This document shows positions 11,186 through 47,482 of a stretch of 64,000 nt of DNA, one piece after another. The stretch is from Hormiphora californensis (taxonomy: Eukaryota > Animalia > Ctenophora). A program made the translations under genes and the position numbers. Each line of letters begins with the position of its first letter. Positions within the stretch are counted from its first letter, which is position 1. The notes below the pieces were generated by a model. It made no database searches, was not told the origin of the DNA, and saw nothing but the letters and a program-made list of their open reading frames with translations. The DNA is taken from the NCBI GenBank assembly GCA_020137815.1, contig CM035354.1, forward strand, positions 3,286,001-3,350,000. The letters run 5' to 3'.

Positions 11186-14100
11186 ATGACAACAAGAAAT
11201 ACAATGATTACCAGTCCGGGCACGCCGGGTACCGAGGGAACGCCAGTAAACCTGATCTCTAACAACTACAGGGTTACCTTCACCAATCCCAAACTGAGGA
11301 TATACCAGTACGATCTTCAGATAACACAGGGAGATCAAGAGAGAATCCCTTCAAAAGCGGTTCACTGGAAGGTGTATAATGAGCTGAAAAGGACCACTCT
11401 TCAGGCAAATTACTGGGTGTATGATGGAAGGAGAAATCTGTACGCACCAAGAGGTAGATTGAACATTTTTTAGTTAGACTTCTCTCAGGACTCAGCTTTC
11501 TCTCTTTTTTTGCTTTCTCTCAAGAAGTACCCACTTCGCCCTAAAATTATAACGGTGTCAATTAGTTCTCGATTTTTAGGACCCCCCCTCTCCCAGGAGA
11601 CAGGCTACCCAAACAAACAGCTCCCTCCCCCTGGTCACCCAAATTAACAGCTCCCTCCCCCTGGTTACCCAAACTAACAGCTCCCTCCCCCTGGTTACTC
11701 ATTGCCCAAACTAACAGCTCCCTCCCCCTCGTTACCCAAACTAACAGCTCCCTCCGGCCTCCCCCTCGTTACCTAATCTTACCCCCACTTCCCTTCTCTC
11801 ACAGATATAACATTGGAAGAGGAAGGAGACACCACTTTGGGCAGAGATACCTTCCATTACAAACTGTCTGGGCCAGTAAACAGCCGCAATGCACAAGAGC
11901 TGATTACCGCCATGAGCCAGCACGCAGTTCTCCCAATGGATTACATATCTATGATGACCCTGGTGATCGGCCAGGCTTTCAGCAACTCTGGTTTTGAGAC
12001 CGTTGCACGGGACTACTACGACCCGAGCAAAGATCCAACCCACGTCTTTAGAAATGGGCTTGAGCTGTGGTCCGGGGTATCTGCCTCTGTTACCCCCACG
12101 GACGGATTTGGAGTTACTATCCGGGTCCTAAAGTCACACCAGGTCATGTACCCAGGGGGACCTCTGATGGAACTAGCCGCAAAGGTCCTCAATCTACGAA
12201 ATCTCCCAAGAAACTTCGATGCAAGCCAACTGAGGACAATGGGGACTCTTTTGAAGAACCTGAAAGTGGTTACCAGTCACCTTGGTTACGAGAGGGTGTA
12301 CACTGTCCGGGGTGTCTTTAAAGACAGTGCAAACCAGCACAAGATAGAAACTGACGATGGGGAGATTTCTGTTAATCAGTATTTCCTGGGAAGATACAAT
12401 ATCACTCTCCAGTATCCTGATCTACCACTTGTTACCTGTGGCGGCCAGACGAAGCTACCTATGGAACTTTGCACCATTAAACCCAACCAGCCCTACTTCA
12501 CCAACGTGGATTCTGCCACTCAAGCTGACATGATCCGTCAAACATGTGTAAAGCCTGCTGACAAGAAAAGGGAGATAGAGAATGCTGCCAATACCCTGGT
12601 GCAAAAAACAAATGCTTTCACTGGAAGGAACTACGGGTTCACAGTTGATAACCGGGCAGTAGCCCTCACTGGTCGAGTTCTACCAAGTCTGACAGTCGGG
12701 GGAGAACAAGTTGGTAATGGGGCTTGGAGGATGAACAAGGTGCTAACTGGAAAAAGTGGAGATGGAAAATTCTCTGTATTTGTGGTTGATCTACCGAGGA
12801 ATAGGGTTGAGACCTCTTTGAAGACCTTCACTGATCAACTGATCGGAACAGCCAGACGTATGGATATTGGAAATCTCGAGCTTGTTAGCTGTGTCTATAT
12901 CAGATCTGGTGACCTGCAAAGATCTCTGACAGCCTCTACAACATCCTTCAACTATATGATCATGCCGGACGACTCGCTGTATGGTACAATCAAGTTGTGT
13001 GAGGGCGGTGGAAAAATAACACAGTGCATCAAAATGAACACTGTGAACAAGGTGGTCGGCGGAGGAGGCAGGAGACCAGACATGAACACCCTCAATAACA
13101 TCCTGAAAAAGACCAACGCTAAGATGAACGGTACTAACTGGAAGGTCGATGTGACGGGACTACCTCAAAATGATTCTTGACCGGCCTACAATCATTCTAG
13201 GAGCTGACTGTCACCCATTTTACCGGGTCCAACAAGCCTTCCATAGCCTCAGTCGTTGGATCTTGTTCAAAGAACCTTGATGCTGCACGGTACATCACCC
13301 GAGTTCGGGCGATCTATCCTGAAGAGGGTAGGCGAAGTGTTGAATACATACAGGGTCTTCAAGGGATGGTCCGGGAGATTCTGATGGAGTTTTTTAGAAT
13401 CCTGAAGTGTAAACCTAAACGGATTATCTACTACCGGGACGGTGTCGCTGAGGGACAGTTCGAGGGGATCGTGATGCAGGAGTTGGAACAGCTCCAGAAT
13501 GCTTGTACCTCTCTTCAAGCGACTTACAAACCACAAATATCTGTGGTTGTTTGCACCAAAATGCACAAACAGAGGTTCCTGAAACAGAATGGAAACAGGC
13601 CGTGTGACAATATGGAGCCAGGGACGGTGGTTGACACTGGAGTGACAAGCCCCAACCATCGAGACTTCTACCTTAGCTCTCACAAGGCTATCCAAGGTAA
13701 ATAAATGCTTAGTTGTATTTAGTGGACGGGTTCTTTCAATTCTGGGGTTATAGCAGGGTTTATATTTAGTGTGTACCAGCATAGAGTTTTTTTGTTTATA
13801 TTTGTTACTTGATTTTAAACGATATATCTTCTCCCCATTATATTAGGTACCAGTGTTCCCTGCCATTACTACATCCTGTATGACGACTGCAAGTTCACTA
13901 TGGACATGTGGCAAATGCTATCATTCTATCTCTGTCACTGCTACTGCCGCTGTTCAAGGTTGGTGTTATTATGATTAATTATTGGTCCCTGGTTATTATT
14001 CGCTTCATGAACATCTGCTACTTTTATAAGTTTTCTTGTTCATAACCTCATTTCTCCAGTATTTGTACCATCTCCGTTTCTAACCCCAAAACCTTTTCCT

Positions 14101-14278
14101 CAGGATTGTCAGTTACCCCGCCCCAGTCTACTACGCCCATCTGGCCTGTTACAATGCCAGAGCAAGACTACTTGCGGACACCTCCATTAACTGGGACAAC
14201 CCTCCCAACCCGGCCGAACTAAGGGGAATTGTTCAACCAATGAACGAGAACAATGCGGTTAATGAGTTTAGCATTTAG
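11186..14278 (+). CDS. AGO: Argonaute (N-L1-PAZ-MID-PIWI), ~815 aa; exons 11186-11453, 11805-13696, 13847-13958, 14104-14278; two +1 indels near 13166 and 13209
   Basis: GTPGTEGTPVNLISNNY and VYDGRRNLY (N). SVNQYF..RYNITLQYPDLP..LPMELC (PAZ). Y..K, TQC and NAKMNG (MID). GAD[+1]VTH, PSIASVVGS, IIYYRDGVAEGQF, PGTVVD, QGTSVPCHY and YPAPVYYAHLA (PIWI). All splice phases are compatible. Confidence 0.93.
11606..11775 (+). repeat. ~30-bp minisatellite (about 5 copies) in the first coding intron of Argonaute
   Basis: CCCAAACTAACAGCTCCCTCCCCCTGGTTA repeated in tandem just upstream of the acceptor at 11804. Confidence 0.9.
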
Positions 14279-15286
14279 TTGAACTTGTTACCTGTCTGCC
14301 GGAACCACCAATAGTGGGGTGTATCCTAGGGAGACTTGTCCCCCTAAAGGGTCCCTCATATTTTCTTCGCGGAGAGGCGTTTTACGGACTCATTTTTCCG
14401 GGCGTGTTTTCTCTGTGTGAATAAGTGAAAGGACACTATTTTTCTGTGTGAAAATACACTTCTTTTTTTCTGTGTGACTGTGTGAGAAAGAGAGAGAGAG
14501 AGAGAAAGAGATTATCTGGAAGATCCTCGACTGTTCGGCCTGGCCGCAGTGCGATTCTGTTGAATGACCAATTAAACATACCGTGCTATGTTGTAATACT
14601 CAACAAGCTATGTTTTGATTTTTTAATAGTGTGTGCCCCCTGCGGCCCTGCATGTGATATGGATAAGATGACAAGTAGTTAACAAATGAAAACTGAAAAG
14701 TGGTTTATATAGCTTATTAAAATATTTCCTATTTTTTTCAACAACTGATACCCTTATGACGTTGTAAATAAGTGTGTTAAATAAGTTTTTTAAATAGTAA
14801 CAGTAACATAATCATACACTCGACTTATTTCTAATTGTACTAAATGTTGAGTTATCATTTTGACAGTTTTGAAAGTTGAAACGTTTGAGAGTGAAGTATA
14901 TCTATCCATTTACCTGCATTGCATGTTTAACTCTGTTTAACTCTGTTTAACTCTAACTTTCTTTTAATTCCTTTTCCCCTAATGACGAGCCGTGTTTAAT
15001 TTTGCAAGTATCACAATTGCCCTGTCACAGCTGTCTGACAGCGCCGACCGAATCTGAGCACGCTGATCGAATTATAACGGCGTATGGCGTCGCCAGAAAG
15101 ATCAAATCGTCTCAAAAAGTGTGCTCAGCTCGGGTTGGCTAGACACTAGACAGGTTTGAACGTGATCGTACCCTTCCGACGGCATCCGTGATCGCGTGCC
15201 GGTGCTGTCAGAACCGCAGTCAGAGCATCATTCAATCAATCATAACACCGCTCGGTGGCGGGGTGCCTCTTTATTACTGGGCAAAA

Positions 15287-15529
15287 TAATAATATTTAAT
15301 AATGTATATATAAAAATATAAAGTATATAAAAATATAAAATAAGTTTGTGAACACGGCAACTTTGAGGTGGGGTGGAGATCACATTTCATTGGCTTGCTG
15401 TCTGGTTTGTTTGTGGAGATAAGGAGAGATGAGGCACAAGAGGGGGAGACAAGTTAGGGAGAGATGAGAGAAGCACTTTGAGAGAGAAAGGGGGGAGAGA
15501 GCGAGAGAGAGAGAAAGGGGGGAGAGAGC

Positions 15530-15595
<66 letters not shown>

Positions 15596-17231
15596 GAGAA
15601 ATAGGTAGGGAGAGAAATAGGTAGGGAGAGACAGGTAGATACAGGGAGAGAGATTATAAAAGGATAGGGCCGAAGGATAGGAGATGTTGGCAGTGAAAGT
15701 AGTAGAGATAGTCAAGATAGCTGAGATGGTCATTTGATTATTTCCATTGAGAAATTTGTTGGTGACCACTCGTCGGTCTCGTTGCTATAGCTATGTGGGA
15801 CGCTTTGTAAAGTAAGTAGATATCTAGTTAGTAAATTTTTAAAGGGGTTAAAGAAGTAGTCCTTGAGATGGCGTTGTGATGTTTTTTTATTATTATTATC
15901 TGTGTTGAGGGTGGCATTTGCACATGGCACGATATGATTATACAGAATAGGGCCTATGTAAGCAGCCTGTCTTTTTGATCGCTCTAGTCGGAACTCGGGA
16001 ACATCGAGTATTTTAATTGGGAGACTAGTGGATCTAGTGTAATACTGGGGCGCAGAGGTGGGGGATGTTGGAGAGAATAGTAACTGGATGTTGTCAGGAG
16101 CAACTTTTAGTCTGGTTTTTTGGATTAAACATAGGATTGATTTTGTGATGATGTTGGGTAGTGCTAAAAGTTTGTGGGCGGTGAAGATAGGTTTAGTGTG
16201 GGAGGGGATGGTACCTGATTTGCTGTCGTAGAAGAGTCTGGATTTGCTATTGAGGGCCCTGACACCTTTTTTTTGGGCCGAGAATAAGGGTTTCAGTGAA
16301 TTCTGGGATGCGGTTCCCCAAACGGATGCACAGTAGAGCAGATGTGATTCGATAAAGCTGTTGTAGAGGCACTTGAGAGACTTGAGAGGCAGTACTCCTC
16401 GCATTTTGTATAAGATGCCTGCGTTGCGACCTACTTTTGCGGCTAGCGCTGTGACATGATGTTTCCAGCTTAAATTAGAGTCTATGATTACCCCGAGGAA
16501 CTTAGCATGATCGGTCGCTATTATTTTGACGCCTCCGAGATGGATTTGTAGTTCGGAGACTCGTGATCGATCCCTGTTGGTGAATACGAGAAGCTTTGTT
16601 TTGCCTATATTGAGTTTAAGCCCGTTACCGCCTACCCATCTATCCACCGCGAGAAGAGCTCGGTTGACTCTCTCTTCTAGCTCTTCGAAACTGTCGGCTG
16701 ATATGATGAGATTGGAATCGTCCGCGAATATGAAGAATTTGGCTAAAGGAACTGCAGCTGGAAGATCATTAATATAGATAAGAAATAGAGTCGGGCCCAG
16801 ATTTGAGCCCTGGGGAACGCCGTGTTTTATGACACGATCTTCGGAGTTATTGTTATTGACACAGACATATTGCATTCTTTGACGCAAGTAAGACGAGAAC
16901 CATTCTAGGTTGCTACCTCTGACTCCGTAATGCTCTAATTTATGTAAGAGAAGACGGTGATCTACCATATCGAAGGCCTTGCTAAAATCTAATAGGAGTA
17001 GTGCGGTTACTTTTTTGCGTTCGAGGGCTCGGATAATGGCATTTTGTGCTTCCAGAATAGCGTGCTCGCAGGAATGTGACCTTCTGAAACCATATTGTGA
17101 TGTGAATAAAATATTATTAGTGTTTAAGTGCTTCGTAAGGCGGGTTAACATAATTTTTTCATAAATTTTTGAGAATGTGGGAAGTAGAGAGATTGGTCGG
17201 TAGTTGGCGATATCTGTCTCATCCTGACATC
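15287..17231 (-). mobile_element. 5'-truncated CR1/L2-group LINE (RT domain, 3'UTR, AT-rich tail)
   Basis: ORF 15730-~17231 has NYRPISLL, QYGFR, LDFSKAFD, GVPQGS, FADD and KFLGVIID motifs, and no endonuclease. The 3'UTR contains (CT)n and ends in ATTAAATATTATTATT near 15287. The upstream part of the called ORF (17232-17340) is poly-C plus another repeat. Confidence 0.92.
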
Positions 17232-17261
17232 GGGGGGGGGGGGGGGGCAATATGCTATTGG

Positions 17262-17432
17262 CCTGTATGGCGGCGCCATACCCCATTTGATTGTCAACAG
17301 TGCGCTCAGAATCTGGGGTCGCAGCGCGAGCGCCAGACATGACAGATATTCATATATACTAGAAATTACTGTCTGGCGCCGCGGATCACATCTGAGCACA
17401 CTATCAAATCGGGGTCTGGCACCGCCAGACAA
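17262..17432. repeat. Two opposite-orientation copies of a ~70-bp micro-element (further degenerate copies ~15030-15098 and ~17490-17540)
   Basis: Similar to 49562-49630: CTGTCTGGCGCCGCG...ATCTGAGC.CACT...ATCAAAT.GGGGTCTGGC.CCGCCAGAC. Confidence 0.7.
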
Positions 17433-17868
17433 AGAAGTTGTGGCAGTTTGGACGAAATCTGAGATTGTCCGACGACATCTACCAGTAACTTATCTGAGTG
17501 CACTGTCACTTTGAGAATCAAACGCGGTTGATGCCGGTCGTTGGGTAAGTGGTGATAGACCCGGGACCCCTCAACAACTTGGTCGCGCGAACATGAGGGG
17601 CGCGACATGCCCAACTCAACAACCTGACAGTATGCTGAGTGCTGACCCTTTCTCCGGCCCTGTCAGGCATCACCCTTTCCCGTGGAGCCTGTCAGGCCAA
17701 TGCTTTGACCACAGTTCTCGCTGCGCACGCTCCGAAGAAATGAGAATAGGGTCAGGCCAATGCTCTGACAGTGACAGCGAGGAGAGTGGTCAGGCTCCTG
17801 ACTCAGGACCGGACCTGAGAACGACCTTCACCCTGGCCCTCTGTGAAGCTGTCAGCGATCTATGCCTG

Positions 17869-19005
17869 GGGCTCTTCGACGAAACTTTAAACACACTTAA
17901 AAACGTTGCGTAACTCTCCTTTCACACCTTCTAATTGATTTTCACACCCCTTAAGCATGGTTTGTGTCGACGAAACTTTTTAGAAATCTTGCTTAGTGAA
18001 AATTGAGGGGTAGTAAGTGAAGTTTTACACAAGCTCTCCAAACCTTGCGTAACCCCCTAATCACGTGGTAAAATCACGTGATTTGGGCCAAATTGAAGCG
18101 ACAATGACGTCATAGTTCACGCAATATCTCACTCAAATATCGAGAAAAGTGAGGTTTGTTAAGCCTCCTCCAGAGGAGACTTAATGGTAGACAAGACAGC
18201 GCTGGCAAGTAAAAGATGCTACAAAACAGTGTATATTTTGCTTCTCGCATGTAGAAAAAAGATAAAATGGCACTCCTTGTCCCCCAGTTAGCTATCTCTA
18301 CTCAACCACAATATTGAGGCACTAGTTTGGGGTTTCAGCCAAGCCCATACTGCATACACCATCTGTATTAGACTCTCACAGTCAGATAAGATGTGGATGA
18401 ATTCAGTTGTTTTCCTTCTGGCAGGACAAGATGAACAGTGAACTACTACTATACTTTCACTGTTTATCTATTCATCTAGCAGCCTATCTATTCATCTCAT
18501 CCGGCCTAAACAATATTGCAAGTTATTAGTGTATAGGTTTATTGATTTTTCATAATGAACAATCAATGTTAGATCTCTATTTGTCCGCTATAACATTCAT
18601 TGCCAGCTACTGTAAGAGTACACAGAGTTTTGAAGATTTGAAATTTCTTGAATCTTGAGAAATGGAAGTCAAACTTCTTCTTCACCCCCAATCTGGTGTG
18701 ATATCTCGCTAACACTATTGGCTGGTGAACCCTACACGTGACCAAATTGATGCCTGTGTAAACCCATGTAATGGAAATCCTATCACGTGTCCAGTTTCGA
18801 TCCCCTGATTGGTTTTCTACACCCATACACGAGGGGTGATCCGGGGCTTCACGTGGTATACACGTGGTTCACACCAAGGACCTAAAGTGAGGTTTTGGAA
18901 AGCGTTCGACGACACCCCTCTCGAGACAAGTCTGAAAAATTTTCCTTGTGTAACTCTAAAGAGAGCTTATTTATTAAGTGTGCTTTAAGTTTCGTCGAAG
19001 AGCCC
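17869..19005. mobile_element. PIF/Harbinger-like non-autonomous element (1.1 kb), inserted into an older inverted-repeat element
   Basis: GGGCTCTTCGACGAAACTT...AAGTTTCGTCGAAGAGCCC TIRs flanked by CTG on both sides. The flanks ~17690-17752 and ~19017-19070 are diverged inverted copies of each other (CAGGCCAATGCT.TGACCA). Confidence 0.8.
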
Positions 19006-19711
19006 CTGATCCTTTTCCTATTCCTTTCGCGGAGCGCACGGGAGTAATGGTCAGAGCATTGGCCTGTCAGTGCCTTTCCAACAAAAGAAAACAAGTTATT
19101 TTTAAACATTGAATTTGAAACTTTGTACAAACGTAAATTACGGTAACAAGGGTCCTAAAAATCAGCGTATTCTCCCTCTCTCACACGCACGCACTTACTC
19201 ACAAACTGAGTCTCTTGGAGTCCAAGTTATCAAACATCATATATAATGTATCGCATGGCCTATAATTACAGTGAATCTCAAACTCCCACAATAAGCCTTG
19301 CTCGACGTTTTGTGAAACATATGGAGCTGACTTCTGATATATATCACTGCAGTCACTTGTGTGTGTTGAATATATAAAATAACAGGAGTGGTATATCTCA
19401 GATATATATCGTACACACAGGGGGTATATCCAGTGGTATAAAGATACTGATCGAGATAGGTAATAATGTCTGAAAACCACATTTCTCGATATCACACAGA
19501 CTGTGTGTGTGTGTGACTCCCTTGAATATATATATCACATTGTCATGTCACACTTCATCATATAGTTGTATCATGAAAAAATAAATAGATAATTTATCCA
19601 GTAACAGTTTTTTCGGTGGTTGTGATTTGATCAACAATTGTATCTAGGGTAGATAGTCCGGGTAGACCGGGTGTGAGACTTTCCATAACCAAATGTGCCA
19701 AATGTGCTCCT

Positions 19712-38874
<19,163 letters not shown>

Positions 38875-39634
38875 GACCTAAAATTTCAATTTCGAGGACT
38901 TGCAAAACTAAAATTTGAATTTATTTTGTGCGCGGCTCAAAAAAGCCGCACAAACAAAATAAACTTGCGCGTGCTGAGTTTGAACATTTTTGATTGGTTC
39001 AAAATTCCCCATAATAACAGAGCAGAGACTAAAGATGGGCATCTTGACCTCAAGTATCGAGTGTAAAAGGTCAAGATGCCCAATTTGGAGAAACTATCCG
39101 CTTTCAAATTCAAGCTACTGCTAACAAGCTTCTTACTCAGCAACAAGCTAATTATAAGCTTCACTCAGAAACGAATTGAACTTGAAGACGAGTCGGGTAA
39201 ATAGTACAACAGTGGTTAGACAATGAATAAAATAACCGTATGCCACACAGGGTGTGGTGAGCACACAGAGCTGTCAGAGCATATGGATACCAAGAACAAA
39301 ACAACGATATTCAGCAAAATTTGTATTAATCATAGCCACAATTATTTGTCACAAAACCTATCATATATCACAGCGAACAACAATATTAGGAACAGTGCAT
39401 ATATTCATAGGGTGAGTGCATAAATCACACAACAGGCAAGCAGGTGAAAATATAAGAAAAGGAAGCTAAATGAAGTGCCCGCCCAGTCTTATTGTCCGTT
39501 GAGCCGATGTGACGTTGCACTGATATATGTGACGCTTCACCGCAGCAAGACCATACTCTGATAACTAGTATTATAACATATCTCTCAATAGAAAAAAGGG
39601 GTAAAACAAAATAATTTACTGAGAAGAAGAGTGT

Positions 39635-44328
<4,694 letters not shown>

Positions 44329-44907
44329 TCAAAGAACACAAACTGGGTGCTGCACGTCAGCCCCGTGACGTTGTTTCCTCGTTTTGGGATTGTTTGCGGA
44401 GGTTCCTACCGCGCAATAACAGAACGCGCGGCGAGACTTTACTTATCAGTTGCGCGCCGTAATGGTGTGCTTTTCTTTATTTGGATGTCTTCGCGTCATC
44501 CAAACACGCCCTGTTGAGAATGTGTCACTTGGCACCCGAAAGGGCGATATCAGCAGGAAGACTTTCGGAATGCCGGGAAAATATTCATTGGACTGAGCTT
44601 TATAGCAAGAAAAAGAAAACATCGTCGTTTTTTACAAAATAGGGTAGGATTCCTACAATTATAGATGAAAGAATGTAGTATTATCACTTTTGTACAAGAA
44701 AACAAAAACTAAAATAACAATTTTCAATAAGTGTCCATGTCTCTCTGATATTAAGTCTCTTTTCTGTTAGCCTGGTTGTGACATTGTGACAGTTCCCTCT
44801 ATTATAGGATTAGCTGGGTGGGGGATTCAGTTTAGTCCTCACTCCTTCTTTGGCCATCTACTGCTGCATCTGTTATAATAGTACATTGGAGTGCCATTTC
44901 TCTCTTT

Positions 44908-47482
44908 CTAACCGCTGTAAGTCGGGGGACTGTCCGCTGAAAGAAAAGGAATGTGTGAGTGTAACAGCATTTCTTAAAGATATACCGGGATCAAATTACA
45001 CGCACAGCAAGTAAAGCTTAAACGTTGTACAGGCTAGAAGTAAAGTGCAATATCTCTTTCACTATCTATTTTTCACTATATCTCTCTCAAAATTACCGTT
45101 TTATTATAACGGCAGTGCTGGCTCACATTTCACGATAAATCATCACCTCCTTTCATTCATTCATTCCTCGACTAATGATAAGACACACACTCTCTCGCCA
45201 GCAGATTTTAACAGCAATACAAATATCGCTCTTCCATTACACTGTTGTATTGTCTAAACAATCATGAGGCTATGATTCATACACAGGCATTCACACTTTC
45301 TCATTTCTATACTCTGAAACAGGCAGATCAAACAATAATCAAGAGCTGCAGTGATCAGTGTTAAAACATCAAGACGTGTAATTAGGAAGGCGGTATTATA
45401 CCGTTATTGTTATCGTAGTACAACAGGGAGGCTTCCGCCTCTGAAAAAGGGGAGGAGAGTGGAGAGCGAGAGAAAGAGTGAGTATTGAAAATGGAGAGGA
45501 GAGTGTTGGGGAAGGAAGAAGGAGAGATTGGTAGAGTGGAATAGAGAGGAGAGGGATAGAGAGTTCAGAGAGGGACATGAGAAATTGAAAGAGATCCCGT
45601 CTAAAGTCACCTTCAAGATCAACATTGTCATAGATATTGTCCAAGTCAGCCAGTTGTGATGCTGGTGAGTCTACTCTGTCAGTCTGTATGTTGGTCTGTC
45701 CGTCTGATGACATGATATAGAACTGTCATTATATTTGGTCTGTCTGTCAGCATTTTACAGAATATATTGATCACTCATTTTAAGGTTATTTATCACATTT
45801 TTACCTGGGATATGGGCCACAGATACAGGAACGGGTGCCACCTGAACCGAGCCGGGTGTGTACATGGGAGGGTATTGTTGCTGTTGCTGGGGAGGGTATT
45901 GTTGCTGTTGCTGTTGCGGGGGTTGCTGAACATACATCACCTGGGTCTGAGGGAGGAGGGGAATGTGAATTAGGGCCATGAGACCAGGAAAAATGATACA
46001 CTTAGGATTAAAGTTATTTTACAGAATATTAGAGCGACTACAAATAAGTGTTTCTATGATTCGAGGTCTACTAAATAGCTTTGTTCCAAATTACCTGGGG
46101 CATGACCTGTGTTTGTGGCATTGAAACTGGGGCAGACGTCTGTTGTAGTTGTCTAGATTGTCTAACGTTCTGAAAAACATAAGGGATGGTAAGGATTCGG
46201 TTCTGCTAATTCGACAGACATACCAACGACATGTTACTGAATATCTAATGACGTTCCCAAGCAATTTGAATTGGGAGGGAAGTGAGAACCACTTACCGCA
46301 TTACAGCAGGTATGACAAGATGCGTAGAATCCCCATACCAACATGAATATCAGCTGTAACACAAGGTGAACTGTAATGATCCATCTCACATTCGCCAATC
46401 CGTATCCTGAAAAGATTTGTATTGTATACACAACAACAACCCTATTTTTTCTAGTATCTCGTGCTCTGAACACTACTAGATGTTACAGGTGACCACCCTC
46501 ACCATGGATCAAGCCAGGTGGAATAATAATAATTACTTACGAAGGTCACTATTGAATCCAGCACAGAGTCCAATGGCAACAGGGTAAGCACAGAATCCAG
46601 TAATAAGGGTCATCGTGGCCAACATCACACCCTGAGCAAACAAGGATATATTATTAGAGGGAGGGAGAGAGAGCTGAGGGAGAGAAGTTGACTGTGGATC
46701 TAGGGGTACCTACAGCCTACTGAAAGGGAAGTATGAAGTTATAACTTACATTGGGCCTGCTTCGTGTACGGTAAACAGAGAATCCCAGAGCCGCCATCAT
46801 GTAACCCTGGGATAAGAAGTAATAGTAGTAAAATTAGAATTACAGAGGTGGGTATTATTGCACTGGCAAACTAAAAGATGGCCAAATACTGCAAACAACA
46901 ACTGAAAGATGGCCAAATACCTTGGTAACGAAGTTACCCCTCCCTTGCCGGCGCGCGAAGCGCGCCAAACGAAGGCCGCGAAGCGGCCTGAGTGTGAGGT
47001 GTCTTGGATACCAACCAAATACCGCAAATAAAACAACAGCAGAATTATGTTAATACATACCACGGTAGCGACCCACATTGTATCACCAAGCAGGCTCTTT
47101 TGGGTCGTGGTATAATCGTAGTAGTAGTAATAATTCTTCTCTTCAGCTAGGTCGTAGTTGACAGTGTTCTCAACAACTTTTTCCGAATCTACAATACCAA
47201 GAATAACCTGATAGGAGAGTACAATTAATTATTAAGGATCGAATCATTGACTGCAGAGAGGTGGAAAACTAGGAAAGCTTTCGAAAGGTGAATTATGTCC
47301 AGATTTTATTATTCATACGGAGACCCGGTCGGACAAGTCAAATCTCCGAAACAGCTCCAAACACCTCTCAGACCTACCTGGATCGTTGAGAGGACAGCAG
47401 CAATGATGCTCATAACAAGATGAAACTTTGCATTAGCAGCAGTCACATAGGGATGCTTTGGAGGAGCCTCCGTCTCAGTCAT
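44908..47482 (-). CDS. Four-pass membrane protein, MS4A/CD20-like, paralogue 1; exons 47482-47378, 47207-47061, 46806-46750, 46631-46541, 46406-46297, 46169-46095, 45946-45805, 44936-44908
   Basis: In-frame GT-AG splicing gives MTETEAPPKHPYV..HLVMSIIAAVLSTIQ|VILGI..|GYMMAALGFSVYRTRSR..|GVMLATMTLILG..|..WGFYASCHTCC and a Q/P-rich tail ending SPPTYSG. The family assignment is inferred from topology. Confidence 0.8.

Noticed and set aside
11186-17231. Argonaute plus reverse transcriptase as a coupled prokaryote-style defence system
   Set aside because: The Argonaute is a spliced eukaryotic gene and the RT is a truncated LINE on the opposite strand; adjacency is most simply a chance insertion.
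17232-17340. N-terminus of the 536-aa RT ORF as a genuine start
   Set aside because: It is a fortuitous in-frame read through poly-C and a copy of the 69-bp element; the LINE is 5'-truncated.
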